This document shows, one piece after another, positions 9,472-17,691 of a stretch of 47,753 nucleotides of DNA. How positions within the stretch are numbered: position 1 is the first letter of the stretch; the number at the start of each line of letters is the position of its first letter. Below the pieces are notes generated by a model. The model was not told where the DNA came from. It saw only the letters and a program-made list of their open reading frames with translations, and did no database searches. A program made the position numbers and the translations under genes. Source of the stretch: an uncultured Candidatus Saccharibacteria bacterium (GTDB taxonomy: Bacteria > Patescibacteriota > Minisyncoccia > Minisyncoccales > JAGGXC01); the NCBI GenBank assembly GCA_964470765.1, contig CAYYDV010000002.1, positions 1-47,753 on the forward strand. The letters run 5' to 3'.

Positions 9472-10533
9472 TTAATCGGTTTTCCACCATCTATTGGAAA
9501 ATCTTTCTTTTAAAATTTTGTCTCCCTCTCCTGGTGATTCTAACTTCTGAGCTCGAAAGTCAGCATCAACCATAATCTTTATTAAATCTTTGAATTTAAT
9601 TCTTGGCTCCCAGTTGAGCTTTTCTTTAGCTTTAGAAGAATCACCAATTAAGGATTCTACTTCAGCTGGGCGAAAATATCGGGGATCAATTTCTACATAT
9701 TGTCTCCAGTCACCAAAACCAGCATAATTAAAAGTTTCTTCTAAAAATTCTTTTACTGAATGAGCCTCACCGGTAGCAATAACAAAATCATTGGGTTTTT
9801 CTTGTTGAAGCATTAAGTACATCGCATATACATGTTCTGGAGCATAGCCCCAGTCTCTTTTTGCCTCTAAATTTCCTAAATAAAGTTTTTTATCCAAACC
9901 GGCTTTAATTCGGGCAACCCCCCGGGTTATCTTCCGAGTAACAAAAGTTTCCCCTCTTCTCTCTGATTCGTGATTGAATAATATTCCATTGCAGGCAAAG
10001 ATACCGTAGGCTTCCCTGTAAAACTGAGTAGTGTAATAAGCAAAGACTTTAGCGCAAGCATAGGGGCTTCTGGGATGAAAAGGAGTATTCTCATCTTGGG
10101 GAGGAAGTGAAGAACCAAACATTTCTGAGCTGGCAGCCATATAAAACTTTATCGGTCGACCAGAGTTTCTTATTGCCTCAAGAATCCTTAGGGTTCCTAA
10201 GCCATCAGTATTGGCAGTATATTCAGGCATATCAAAACTCACTCGGACATGAGACATAGCGGCCAGATGATAAATCTCATCAGGTTTAATTTGTTTAACC
10301 AATTTCTCAATATTACCAGTGTCAGTAAGGTCACCGTAATGTAAAAACAACGTTCTATTCTCTATATGGGGGTCTTGATAGATATGGTCAATCCGACCAG
10401 TATTAAAACTGCTAGACCTCCTTATAATTCCGTGAACTTCATAGCCTTTATCTAATAAAAGTTCAGTTAAATACGAGCCGTCTTGCCCTGTAATTCCCGT
10501 AATGAGAGCAATTTTTTTATTTTCTTGATTCAT
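9472..10533 (-). CDS. gmd: GDP-mannose 4,6-dehydratase
   Basis: 353 aa with [45 protein letters not shown]..., [12 protein letters not shown] and [21 protein letters not shown]. These are highly characteristic of Gmd. Confidence 0.95.
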   Translation of the reverse strand: MNQENKKIALITGITGQDGSYLTELLLDKGYEVHGIIRRSSSFNTGRIDHIYQDPHIENRTLFLHYGDLTDTGNIEKLVKQIKPDEIYHLAAMSHVRVSFDMPEYTANTDGLGTLRILEAIRNSGRPIKFYMAASSEMFGSSLPPQDENTPFHPRSPYACAKVFAYYTTQFYREAYGIFACNGILFNHESERRGETFVTRKITRGVARIKAGLDKKLYLGNLEAKRDWGYAPEHVYAMYLMLQQEKPNDFVIATGEAHSVKEFLEETFNYAGFGDWRQYVEIDPRYFRPAEVESLIGDSSKAKEKLNWEPRIKFKDLIKIMVDADFRAQKLESPGEGDKILKERFSNRWWKTD

Positions 10534-10539
10534 AATTTT

Positions 10540-11397
10540 TTATAATTTAGATTGGATTTTTCTCTTAAAAGCCAAAGATAATCTCCAAGGATAAAATAAG
10601 GATATCATTGAAAAAACCCGTCTGGGAAAAGGAGGCTTTCTCACTCCTTCAGAAGTTAAAACCCAATCGGCATCTCGAAGAGTCAACATATTGACAAAAC
10701 CACCGGCTAATTTCAAAGTCCTCTGAACTTCAGGTCCTGTCACTTTTTCTTTCCTTCCATAAGGAGAATGGGAATAATCATGGTTTTGGTGAATAACTGT
10801 AGTCACTTCTGTAGCATCTATCACTGGTATTCCTAAAGAGCGAACTCTATAAATTACCCAGTTGTCCCAACCAGCCCGACCAACAGCAAACCCTGGCATT
10901 TGAAGAGTATCGGGAAGATTACGAGGAAAAACACAATAGTCCATTCCCAAAGGACCATGTAATTCGCTATAATCATTAATACATTCACGAAGTTTCTTTT
11001 CCCAATCTGATTTGTCAAAATTAATTTCTTCTTTTAGGTTAATATTCCAACGTTGTCCGCTCATTAAAAATAAAGATTTTTTAATCTTTTGAATCGCTTC
11101 AGTAAAATCATTCAATAGAATAATATCCGAGTTGGTATAAACTAAAATTTTGCTCTTTGCTTCTTTTTTAGCTATTTCAAAAGCTGAACTCAAAAGGGGT
11201 GTTCCTAGTTCAGTCTTTTCAATCTCGGGAATATGTCTAATTCCAAACTCAGCTGCCACCTCAGCCACTCCTTCATCGTCACCAAACAAAATTACTTTAC
11301 ATTTTGGACGAAGTGCTAACCAACTCCTAATAGCATTTCTCTGAATGGTTCCAACATGCCCCTTAAATGATTTTGGAATAGTAAATACGGTTAACAT
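10540..11397 (-). CDS. Uncharacterised putative glycosyltransferase (GT-A-like family of unknown specificity)
   Basis: 285 aa. The N-terminus MLTVFTIPKSFKGHVGTIQRNAIRSWLAL...VILFGDDEGVAEVAAEFGI...YTNSDIILLNDF resembles a conserved hypothetical GT-like family seen in polysaccharide loci. An internal 91-nt segment is duplicated at 15454..15544. Confidence 0.4.
   Translation of the reverse strand: MLTVFTIPKSFKGHVGTIQRNAIRSWLALRPKCKVILFGDDEGVAEVAAEFGIRHIPEIEKTELGTPLLSSAFEIAKKEAKSKILVYTNSDIILLNDFTEAIQKIKKSLFLMSGQRWNINLKEEINFDKSDWEKKLRECINDYSELHGPLGMDYCVFPRNLPDTLQMPGFAVGRAGWDNWVIYRVRSLGIPVIDATEVTTVIHQNHDYSHSPYGRKEKVTGPEVQRTLKLAGGFVNMLTLRDADWVLTSEGVRKPPFPRRVFSMISLFYPWRLSLAFKRKIQSKL
11176..11266. 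repeat. Direct repeat copy 1 (inside the intact gene 10540..11397)
   Basis: Hand alignment of the 91-nt segment ttcaaaagctgaactcaaaaggggtgttcctagttcagtcttttcaatctcgggaatatgtctaattccaaactcagctgccacctcagcc against 15454..15544 shows 5 mismatches. Confidence 0.85.
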
Positions 11398-12398
11398 TTA
11401 ATCTTCACAATTTTACTATTATTCTCTGCGCTTTTTTTAAGGGCGAGGAGGATCTCAAGAGCGGCCAGACCATCCTTTCCCCTACTCACTGGTTTCTCCT
11501 TTCCATCTAAACAATTAATTACATGATCAACCATTGAAGCCATAAAAGTCTTTTTTTCTTTATGAATCTTTGGGGAGGTCAGCTGATAATAATCTTTATA
11601 ATATTTATTTTTTATCAATCTTTGATGTTCAATCTCGTAGCCTAAATTTTTTATTGAAAGTCGTCCAGTACTTCCATAAAAATAAAAATTAGCAAAAACA
11701 TAATTTCGGGGAAGCGACTGCATAGCAACTAATCCTCCATTCCGAAAGCCAAGAAAGGCGTTAACATCAGGATCGTTCTTTTTCCAAGATGTTTTTTTGT
11801 TGAAAGAAGCACTAACCCAGTTTATTTTTCCTAAAAAAAACATTAAGAGGTCAATCGTATGAGTTCCGCCATTAAACAGTCCGTTAAAGTAATAACAATT
11901 GCCACTAACAACTCTACCGATTTTTCCTTTCTTTACCTTCTCTCGCCATTCTTTTATTAGAGTTCCAAACCGCCGATGATGATTAATGAATAACAAAGAT
12001 TTACTTTTCTTACAGGCTCTTATCATTTCTTTAGCTTCTTTTACAGAAGGAGCAATTGGCTTTTCACAAACTATGGCTCGGGTTTTAAATTTAGCTGTCA
12101 GCTTAACAAGAGGAGAATGGAAATCATCAGGAACAGTAATGGAAACAATATCTGGCTTCACTTTTCTAAACATTTTTTCTGTCGAAGTAAATAATGAAGC
12201 ATTAGGAAAATACTTACCAGCTATCTTGAGCTTTTTCGGATCAATATCTACAAGACCCACTAATTCAATCCGAGGATGGTCTTGATAAGCACCGGCATGA
12301 GTAGCTGGTTGAATCTTCTTATGATAGCGAAATGCTTCCGCTCCAATCCGGCCGCATCCAATAACCACTGCTCTATATTTTTTGTTTTGTTTCTTCAC
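11391..12398 (-). CDS. Gfo/Idh/MocA family NAD(P)-dependent oxidoreductase (sugar dehydrogenase/ketoreductase type)
   Basis: 335 aa with the N-terminal Rossmann motif YRAVVIGCGRIGAE and the EKP motif (IVCEKPIAPS). Confidence 0.8.
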   Translation of the reverse strand: MKKQNKKYRAVVIGCGRIGAEAFRYHKKIQPATHAGAYQDHPRIELVGLVDIDPKKLKIAGKYFPNASLFTSTEKMFRKVKPDIVSITVPDDFHSPLVKLTAKFKTRAIVCEKPIAPSVKEAKEMIRACKKSKSLLFINHHRRFGTLIKEWREKVKKGKIGRVVSGNCYYFNGLFNGGTHTIDLLMFFLGKINWVSASFNKKTSWKKNDPDVNAFLGFRNGGLVAMQSLPRNYVFANFYFYGSTGRLSIKNLGYEIEHQRLIKNKYYKDYYQLTSPKIHKEKKTFMASMVDHVINCLDGKEKPVSRGKDGLAALEILLALKKSAENNSKIVKIKC

Positions 12399-13105
12399 AA
12401 ATTATTTTCTCCTTTAAGAATTCTTTCAACTTCTTTTACTTTTTCTGGCGGCATCAGGGAATATTTTTTCCCTATTCCTGATTGAGGCTCTGCTTTTATT
12501 GACCCTTCCTTCAATTCTCTAATAACTTCAATCGTTGTAGTTACGCAAAGTCTCATTAACCTTACTCTGATACCTAATAATGACTCACCTTTCTCCCATT
12601 TTGATTTCTTCTTCTTGAAAATTGGACCGCTATCAATGCCTGAATCAACAAAATGACAAGTAACTCCAATATCGTCTCCGTTATAAATAGCCCAACCAAC
12701 AATATCCATCCCTCGATACTCCGGTAACAGCCCGGGATGACAATTTAAAATCCCAATTTTGGCAGTTCTTATAATATAATCTTTTAAAATTCTAGCTCCA
12801 CCAAGCAAAACAATATCCGGCTTCAAAGATAATAACTTTTGGTGACAATCCTTATTATTATGATTTTCAGTATAGACTAACTCTAAATCTTGACCTTTTA
12901 TGATTTTTGACAAGAAGGGGGGAGAATAAAAATCATTCTTAAGATAATCTTTGCACATTTCAGAATATTCACTTCCCTTTTCTACAATTATCGCCTTAAT
13001 TTTAAATCCAAACTCTAAAAATCTTTTTACTAACTCTCGACCGTAAATATTCTCCTCGGTCATCAAGACAACAATATTAGAAATGGGGATTTTTTTGCTC
13101 AACAT
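12395..13105 (-). CDS. Formyltransferase (Fmt / ArnA N-domain / sugar N-formyltransferase family)
   Basis: 236 aa with ILNCHPGLLPEYRGMD (the N-x-H plus HPSLLP-like motif) and HFVDSGIDSGPI (the catalytic Asp region). Confidence 0.7.
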   Translation of the reverse strand: MLSKKIPISNIVVLMTEENIYGRELVKRFLEFGFKIKAIIVEKGSEYSEMCKDYLKNDFYSPPFLSKIIKGQDLELVYTENHNNKDCHQKLLSLKPDIVLLGGARILKDYIIRTAKIGILNCHPGLLPEYRGMDIVGWAIYNGDDIGVTCHFVDSGIDSGPIFKKKKSKWEKGESLLGIRVRLMRLCVTTTIEVIRELKEGSIKAEPQSGIGKKYSLMPPEKVKEVERILKGENNL

Positions 13106-13111
13106 CTTGAT

Positions 13112-14140
13112 TTATTTTTCATCTTTTAGAATTTTAGTTATAAAGTTTATTACTTTTTTAGTTGAATTGTTCTTAGTATATCTCTCAACTAATTTAAGAT
13201 TTTTCTTTTTAGTTTTAGATAAAAGCCTTTTCAATGCTGAACAGAGATTCTTCTTATAATAGACAGGGGTAGAAATACCCAATCTATTACTAATCAAAGA
13301 ATCCTTTCTATTCAAATCGGGCTGATAACTAAGAACGCTTTTACCCATCATGGCTGCTTGGAATAAAATTACAGAATTCATACCAATAACAATCCTTGAT
13401 TTCTTAATCAAATCTTCGGAAGATAATTTTCTTTCAATTGAAATATTTAGTTTGGAGTTTTTAATCATTTTATCAAATTTATTTAATTTCTTAGTTCTGG
13501 GATGAAACTTTATTTTAATAGGATTCTTTAATTGAAGCTTTTCTAAGCACTCAATTAAATCTTCAAATACCTGCATCTCATCGCAACCCCAGTATTCTTT
13601 ATCTTCTTTCTTATATATCTCAGAAAAAGGTTGGCTGAAAAAAGAAATAAATTTTCCTCTTTGATTTGACCTAGAGAAAGTATCAAAAACAGGACTGCCA
13701 GTAATAATTAATTTTTTAGGATCAAATCTCTTTTCTGTCATTTCTTTTTTCATTATTCTATCTACTATTAAAATGTAGTCTGGAAGGATATAAAATCGAG
13801 GTTTGTAACTAGCCCAGAATTCTACCAAAGCAACAGTTTTAACTCTCTGAGCTTTAGCAATTTTAACTATCCTGTCTTCAATGCTTCTTCCCATACTGGT
13901 AGCAGTAAAAATTAAATCAGGATTTTCTTTTCTCGCCAACTGAGCTAATTCTTTATCAGTTAGTTTATTTCCATCTTGATAACTTATTTTATTTTTCTTG
14001 GCTATCTCCCGTGATTCATTAGCTAAGATTAATTTCAATAGAAAATTATTTCTCTTTTTCAATTCCTTAATCACTGGCAGAATTGCATTAAATCCACCCG
14101 GGTCTTGAGCAGTAAAAATTATTTTATAGATTTTCTTCAT
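13112..14140 (-). CDS. Uncharacterised GT-B-like protein with an HP motif (candidate glycosyl / nonulosonate transferase)
   Basis: The ORF is solid. It carries KIKFHPRTKK followed by IGMNSVILFQAAMMGKSVLSY, a layout reminiscent of the capsule-synthesis/sialyltransferase-like GT-B families. The track start at 14158 is a TTG; the ATG at 14140 (MKKIYK) is more likely. Confidence 0.4.
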   Translation of the reverse strand: MKKIYKIIFTAQDPGGFNAILPVIKELKKRNNFLLKLILANESREIAKKNKISYQDGNKLTDKELAQLARKENPDLIFTATSMGRSIEDRIVKIAKAQRVKTVALVEFWASYKPRFYILPDYILIVDRIMKKEMTEKRFDPKKLIITGSPVFDTFSRSNQRGKFISFFSQPFSEIYKKEDKEYWGCDEMQVFEDLIECLEKLQLKNPIKIKFHPRTKKLNKFDKMIKNSKLNISIERKLSSEDLIKKSRIVIGMNSVILFQAAMMGKSVLSYQPDLNRKDSLISNRLGISTPVYYKKNLCSALKRLLSKTKKKNLKLVERYTKNNSTKKVINFITKILKDEK

Positions 14141-15422
14141 ATCTTTTAAGTTCTTCAATGTTTTTTTCTACTTTATTAATAGCCTCGATAAACAAGTCAA
14201 TTTCTTTATTGGTCTGAGGGGAACAACAGACGGTAGTGAATAAAAATTCCTTCTCGTACATTCTCTCAGTCACTGGGCAAATACCTTTTTGATAGTTTAT
14301 CTTGTGGGGATAATCTTCTGAAACAAAGGGAAATTGAGAGTTAGGAAAGATTTCTTTTTTCTGGTAAACAGGCATTAAATAAATTGGTCTCTGATAACCT
14401 TCACTAAGATTAAATCCTTCAGCTTTCATTGCTTTAGCAAAAGTTGCTCTTCTAATACCTGCTTTATCTTCTAGAAATCTAAAAGGATAAACATAATAAA
14501 CATGAATACTATCTTTCTTAACTCTAGGAGGAATTAACCAATCAAATTGTTTAAGTTTTTCAGTTAAATAATCGGCTAAGAAAATTCTTTGTTTATTTAA
14601 TTCATCTAACTTTTTAAACTGTTCAATAGCAATTGTAGCCTGGATTTCAGTTAGACGGAAATTATTACCTAAAATTGGCTCATAGGTTCCGCTATCATGA
14701 TATAAATCATCAATTACTGCTTCTCCATGGTTTCTAATGAGTTGGGCTCTAAAAGCATATTCCTTATTATTGGTAATCAAAACTCCTCCTTCACCACACT
14801 GGATAACTTTATGAACATTGAAACTGAAAACACCAACATCTCCTATTGTTCCGGTAAATCTTCCCTTATAAGTAGCTCCGGGAGCTTGAGCATTATCTTC
14901 AATAATTTTTAAATTATTTCTTCTAGCTATTTCCAGAATTGAGTCATACTCAGCCGAACCACCAAATAAATTAACTGTCATTATTGCTTTTGTCTTCTCG
15001 GTAATGTTTTGTTCTATACTCTTAGGATCAAGGCAGAAAGAATCTTCTTCAATATCAGCAAAAATAGGTAAGGCATTGTTAAAAAGAATAACCGAAGCAG
15101 TAGCAGGCATAGTATAAGGAGAAGTAATTACTTCGTCCCCTGGTCCAATGCCTAAAGCTCCTACTGCTGCTTGAAGAGCAGTAGAAGCAGAACTAAAGCT
15201 AACTGCATATTTTACTCCAAAGTATTTACAGAAATAATCTTCTAATTTTTTTACGTACTTACCCCCTAAGAAATAATCACCAGCTCGGCCAATAAACCCA
15301 GAAAGACTTTTTTCTCTCATTACTCTCTCTACCGCCTCTATCTCCTCTTCGCCAATAGAATTATAGGAAGGTAAGGCTTCTTCTAAAATTGGCTTTCCAC
15401 CTAGTAATGCAAGTTTTTCCAT
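14124..15422 (-). CDS. DegT/DnrJ/EryC1/StrS family PLP-dependent sugar aminotransferase
   Basis: 432 aa with DNAQAPGATYKG and SFNVHKVIQCGEGGVLI (the Schiff-base Lys region), a typical fold-type I sugar aminotransferase pattern. Confidence 0.9.
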   Translation of the reverse strand: MEKLALLGGKPILEEALPSYNSIGEEEIEAVERVMREKSLSGFIGRAGDYFLGGKYVKKLEDYFCKYFGVKYAVSFSSASTALQAAVGALGIGPGDEVITSPYTMPATASVILFNNALPIFADIEEDSFCLDPKSIEQNITEKTKAIMTVNLFGGSAEYDSILEIARRNNLKIIEDNAQAPGATYKGRFTGTIGDVGVFSFNVHKVIQCGEGGVLITNNKEYAFRAQLIRNHGEAVIDDLYHDSGTYEPILGNNFRLTEIQATIAIEQFKKLDELNKQRIFLADYLTEKLKQFDWLIPPRVKKDSIHVYYVYPFRFLEDKAGIRRATFAKAMKAEGFNLSEGYQRPIYLMPVYQKKEIFPNSQFPFVSEDYPHKINYQKGICPVTERMYEKEFLFTTVCCSPQTNKEIDLFIEAINKVEKNIEELKRYEENL

Positions 15423-15432
15423 AATTATTTAA

Positions 15433-15642
15433 TTAATTTATTTTTCTAACTAATTCAAAAGCTGAACTCAAAAGAGGTGTTCCTAGTCCAGTCTTTTCAA
15501 TCTCGGGAATATATCTAATTCCAAACTCAGCTACCACTTCAGCCTCTCTTCCTTGATTGTTTTGGATATATTGATACACATATACCAGGATTCTATCGAA
15601 TCCCGGTAAAAACCGCCATATGTCCCTGCACATTACCGTCAC
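15433..15642 (-). pseudogene. Gene fragment: duplicated internal piece of the GT-like gene at 10540..11397
   Basis: The 69-aa ORF ends in ...EAEVVAEFGIRYIPEIEKTGLGTPLLSSAFELVRKIN, which parallels EVAAEFGIRHIPEIEKTELGTPLLSSAFEIAKK of the intact gene. The rest of the ORF has no counterpart in that gene. Confidence 0.65.
15454..15544. repeat. Direct repeat copy 2 (inside the remnant 15433..15642)
   Basis: Same 91-nt segment as 11176..11266 in the same orientation, with 5 mismatches by hand alignment. Confidence 0.85.
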
Positions 15643-15645
15643 AAC

Positions 15646-15673
15646 TTGACTTTTTTTAATTTATCCGTAGAAT
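15646..15673 (+). promoter_or_regulatory. Predicted sigma70-type promoter for the plus-strand DMT gene
   Basis: TTGACT (15646-15651), a 16-nt spacer, then TAGAAT (15668-15673). A strong Shine-Dalgarno AAGGAGG (15696-15702) follows. Confidence 0.5.
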
Positions 15674-15709
15674 TAAGATTATTGTTATTTGAAAAAAGGA
15701 GGTAATAAA

Positions 15710-16591
15710 TTGGATTGGCAAATAGTAGTATTGTTGAATATTGGAATATTTACTGTTGCACAGATTTTTATTAGATTGAGCGTGAGGAATCTTCCGAGAG
15801 CCAAGGCTCTTTCCTTCATGTTCCTGATCTGCGCTGGAGTGATTTCTTTGATTGGTCTAGCTACTGGTAACCTACGTTGGTCTGACAGTGCACTTATTGT
15901 AATAACCGTTGGGTTCTTTAATTGTTTCGGTGCTTATTGTCAATGGCGAGCTATTGGATTCAGCCTAAGTAGAACTTCTCTCTTTAATCCTTTATCGTAT
16001 GGGTTAGCAATGATTCTAGCTGGAATCTTCTTAGGCGAATTTTCTCAATGGAACTTAAGATTAATAACTGGTATTGTATTGTGCTTTTCGGCAGTTTTTC
16101 TTTTTACCGCAAGCTCAAAAAGGATAGTTGAAAAAGAAGAAGTAGAAGATGATCCGAAAAAGTGGCTAATTTTTGTCTTGGGAGCAGTAATAATCTTTGG
16201 AATGGTTATTTTCCTAATGAAAGTTTTCTCTTCCAGCATCCCTAGAGGACAGTTCTTGATATACTGGTACAATGGGGCCTTCCTAGGATCATTGCTTCTT
16301 ATTAAGCTGGATAAGCAAAAGGAGAAGAAGAAATTTTTCAAACATCCCAAGCTGTCAATAATGTTCGTACCCATCTTAAGTCTCCTCATCCTTGGCAACC
16401 TAGCAACTCAGTACTGGGCCTTTGAATTAACTTTAGCTAGCCAGGTTCTTCCTTTTATTTCAGTAGGTACTGTTTTTCTACCAGTACTTCTCAGTTGTTA
16501 TCTTTTTGGAGATGAATGGAAATTCATGAAAAAAGCGAAATTAGCTTCTGTTATTGCTGTCATCGGCGCTCTACTAATAATCTTGCCCTGA
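15710..16591 (+). CDS. DMT-superfamily (EamA-like) 10-TM transporter
   Basis: Two hydrophobic halves with EamA-like organisation. The track start is the TTG at 15689, but AAGGAGG at 15696-15702 sits 7 nt upstream of the in-frame TTG at 15710, so 15710 is the more likely start. The gene ends at a TGA. Confidence 0.7.
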   Translation: MDWQIVVLLNIGIFTVAQIFIRLSVRNLPRAKALSFMFLICAGVISLIGLATGNLRWSDSALIVITVGFFNCFGAYCQWRAIGFSLSRTSLFNPLSYGLAMILAGIFLGEFSQWNLRLITGIVLCFSAVFLFTASSKRIVEKEEVEDDPKKWLIFVLGAVIIFGMVIFLMKVFSSSIPRGQFLIYWYNGAFLGSLLLIKLDKQKEKKKFFKHPKLSIMFVPILSLLILGNLATQYWAFELTLASQVLPFISVGTVFLPVLLSCYLFGDEWKFMKKAKLASVIAVIGALLIILP

Positions 16592-16601
16592 GTTAATCAA
16601 T

Positions 16602-16637
16602 GAGTTAATACATCAAATAGTATTAACTCTTTTTTTA
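16602..16637 (+). terminator. Rho-independent terminator of the DMT gene
   Basis: A perfect 10-bp stem (gagttaatac at 16602-16611 with gtattaactc at 16620-16629), an 8-nt loop, then a T7 run at 16630-16636. Confidence 0.7.
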
Positions 16638-16686
16638 TTTTCAAGAAACAAACTGCTTATTTTAGTATTACCTCAATAACCTTTTT

Positions 16687-16833
16687 CTAATTATTATTTT
16701 CTGGTCCTAAATCTTTTAAAATTCTCCCCATCTCAAGACTCTGCTGATGATTACAGGATATCTCTGCCACGATTAAAACGGGATGGTCAGGTCCTATCAT
16801 TTTATTGCCTATTTTAAAGTTAATTTTGTTCAT
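16687..16833 (-). pseudogene. Remnant: N-terminal 48 codons of a NeuB-type (N-acylneuraminate/legionaminate synthase family) gene
   Basis: My translation is MNKINFKIGNKMIGPDHPVLIVAEISCNHQQSLEMGRILKDLGPENNN*, below the ORF-track length cutoff. It matches the canonical NeuB N-terminus (compare MGNKKEIIIGKTKVGGDNPCFVVAEIGINFDGKYEQATTLIKAA of 20695..21807) and then stops. Confidence 0.65.
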
Positions 16834-16923
16834 AAACTTAAAATATATATCAACCAATTTCCTTTTTTTGTTTTAAATTTAAAACCTAGTTTTTCAAATA
16901 ATTTTACGGAAGGTATATTATTT

Positions 16924-17691
16924 TCATTGATTTCTGCTATCAGTTTTTTTGCTTTCTTTTTGTTTTACGTTTTTATTTATTTCCATTAGTTTGGGGTGCT
17001 GTTTTAAAAAAGCTAGTATATCTTTCATTAGAAAAATCTTTTTTTCTCTATATAGTCCTTTATAAATCTGCCGAACGAACTCTAAATCTTTGATCTCGTC
17101 TACTGTCCAACGCATATATGAAAGATCTTCATTGTTCTCAACATTGATAAGGTAAAACTCCTCCGGATGCTCACGAATATATGATGTAACATGCTCTCGC
17201 TGATAGGATTCTTTTGCTTCCTTAAAAGCTGTCTCTAAGATTTTAAAATTAAAAACCTCTATATCTAAACCTATAGGAAAGGTTCTCTTAAGATTATTGG
17301 AAGTATAGTCAGCTCCCGAATTTAAATGCTTCTCAATAATTAAATCAACTATTTGAGGATCTAACAAAGGATTATCCGCTGTTACCCTCACTACTATATC
17401 ACATTTAAATCTTTTAGCGGCTTCATAATATCGAGAAAGAACATCACATTCTTTCCCTCTAAAATATTTTAGATTATTTTCTTTAGCAAATTTTTCTAAT
17501 ATATCGTTTTCTTTTGTGTTGGGAATAGCAAGAATAATATCATCAAATTTCTCTGAAAATTTTAATCGATTAAGTATATGCCAAAGCATTGGTTTACCCT
17601 CTATATCCATCAGGACTTTTTCTGGCAATCTACTTGAGCCAATTCTTGCCTCAATAATAGCAACGGTCTTTTTATTAATATTTTTATACAT
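16924..17691 (-). CDS. SpsF/FlmC-like cytidylyltransferase (CMP-sugar / CMP-nonulosonate synthase family)
   Basis: 255 aa with VAIIEARIGSSRLPEKVLMDIEGKPML, the typical N-terminus of the SpsF-type cytidylyltransferase family. Confidence 0.8.
   Translation of the reverse strand: MYKNINKKTVAIIEARIGSSRLPEKVLMDIEGKPMLWHILNRLKFSEKFDDIILAIPNTKENDILEKFAKENNLKYFRGKECDVLSRYYEAAKRFKCDIVVRVTADNPLLDPQIVDLIIEKHLNSGADYTSNNLKRTFPIGLDIEVFNFKILETAFKEAKESYQREHVTSYIREHPEEFYLINVENNEDLSYMRWTVDEIKDLEFVRQIYKGLYREKKIFLMKDILAFLKQHPKLMEINKNVKQKESKKTDSRNQ

Noticed and set aside
16589-16591. Alternative genetic code (UGA reassigned, as in some candidate phyla)
   Set aside because: The DMT gene ends at TGA, and a perfect-stem intrinsic terminator follows 10 nt later. 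All homology-supported ORFs are full length under the standard bacterial code.
16783-16989. 68-aa plus-strand ORF in the convergent gap
   Set aside because: It overlaps the NeuB-stub remnant on the opposite strand and the 3' end of the cytidylyltransferase gene. The sequence is Phe/Ile-rich and low-complexity, and it has no SD.
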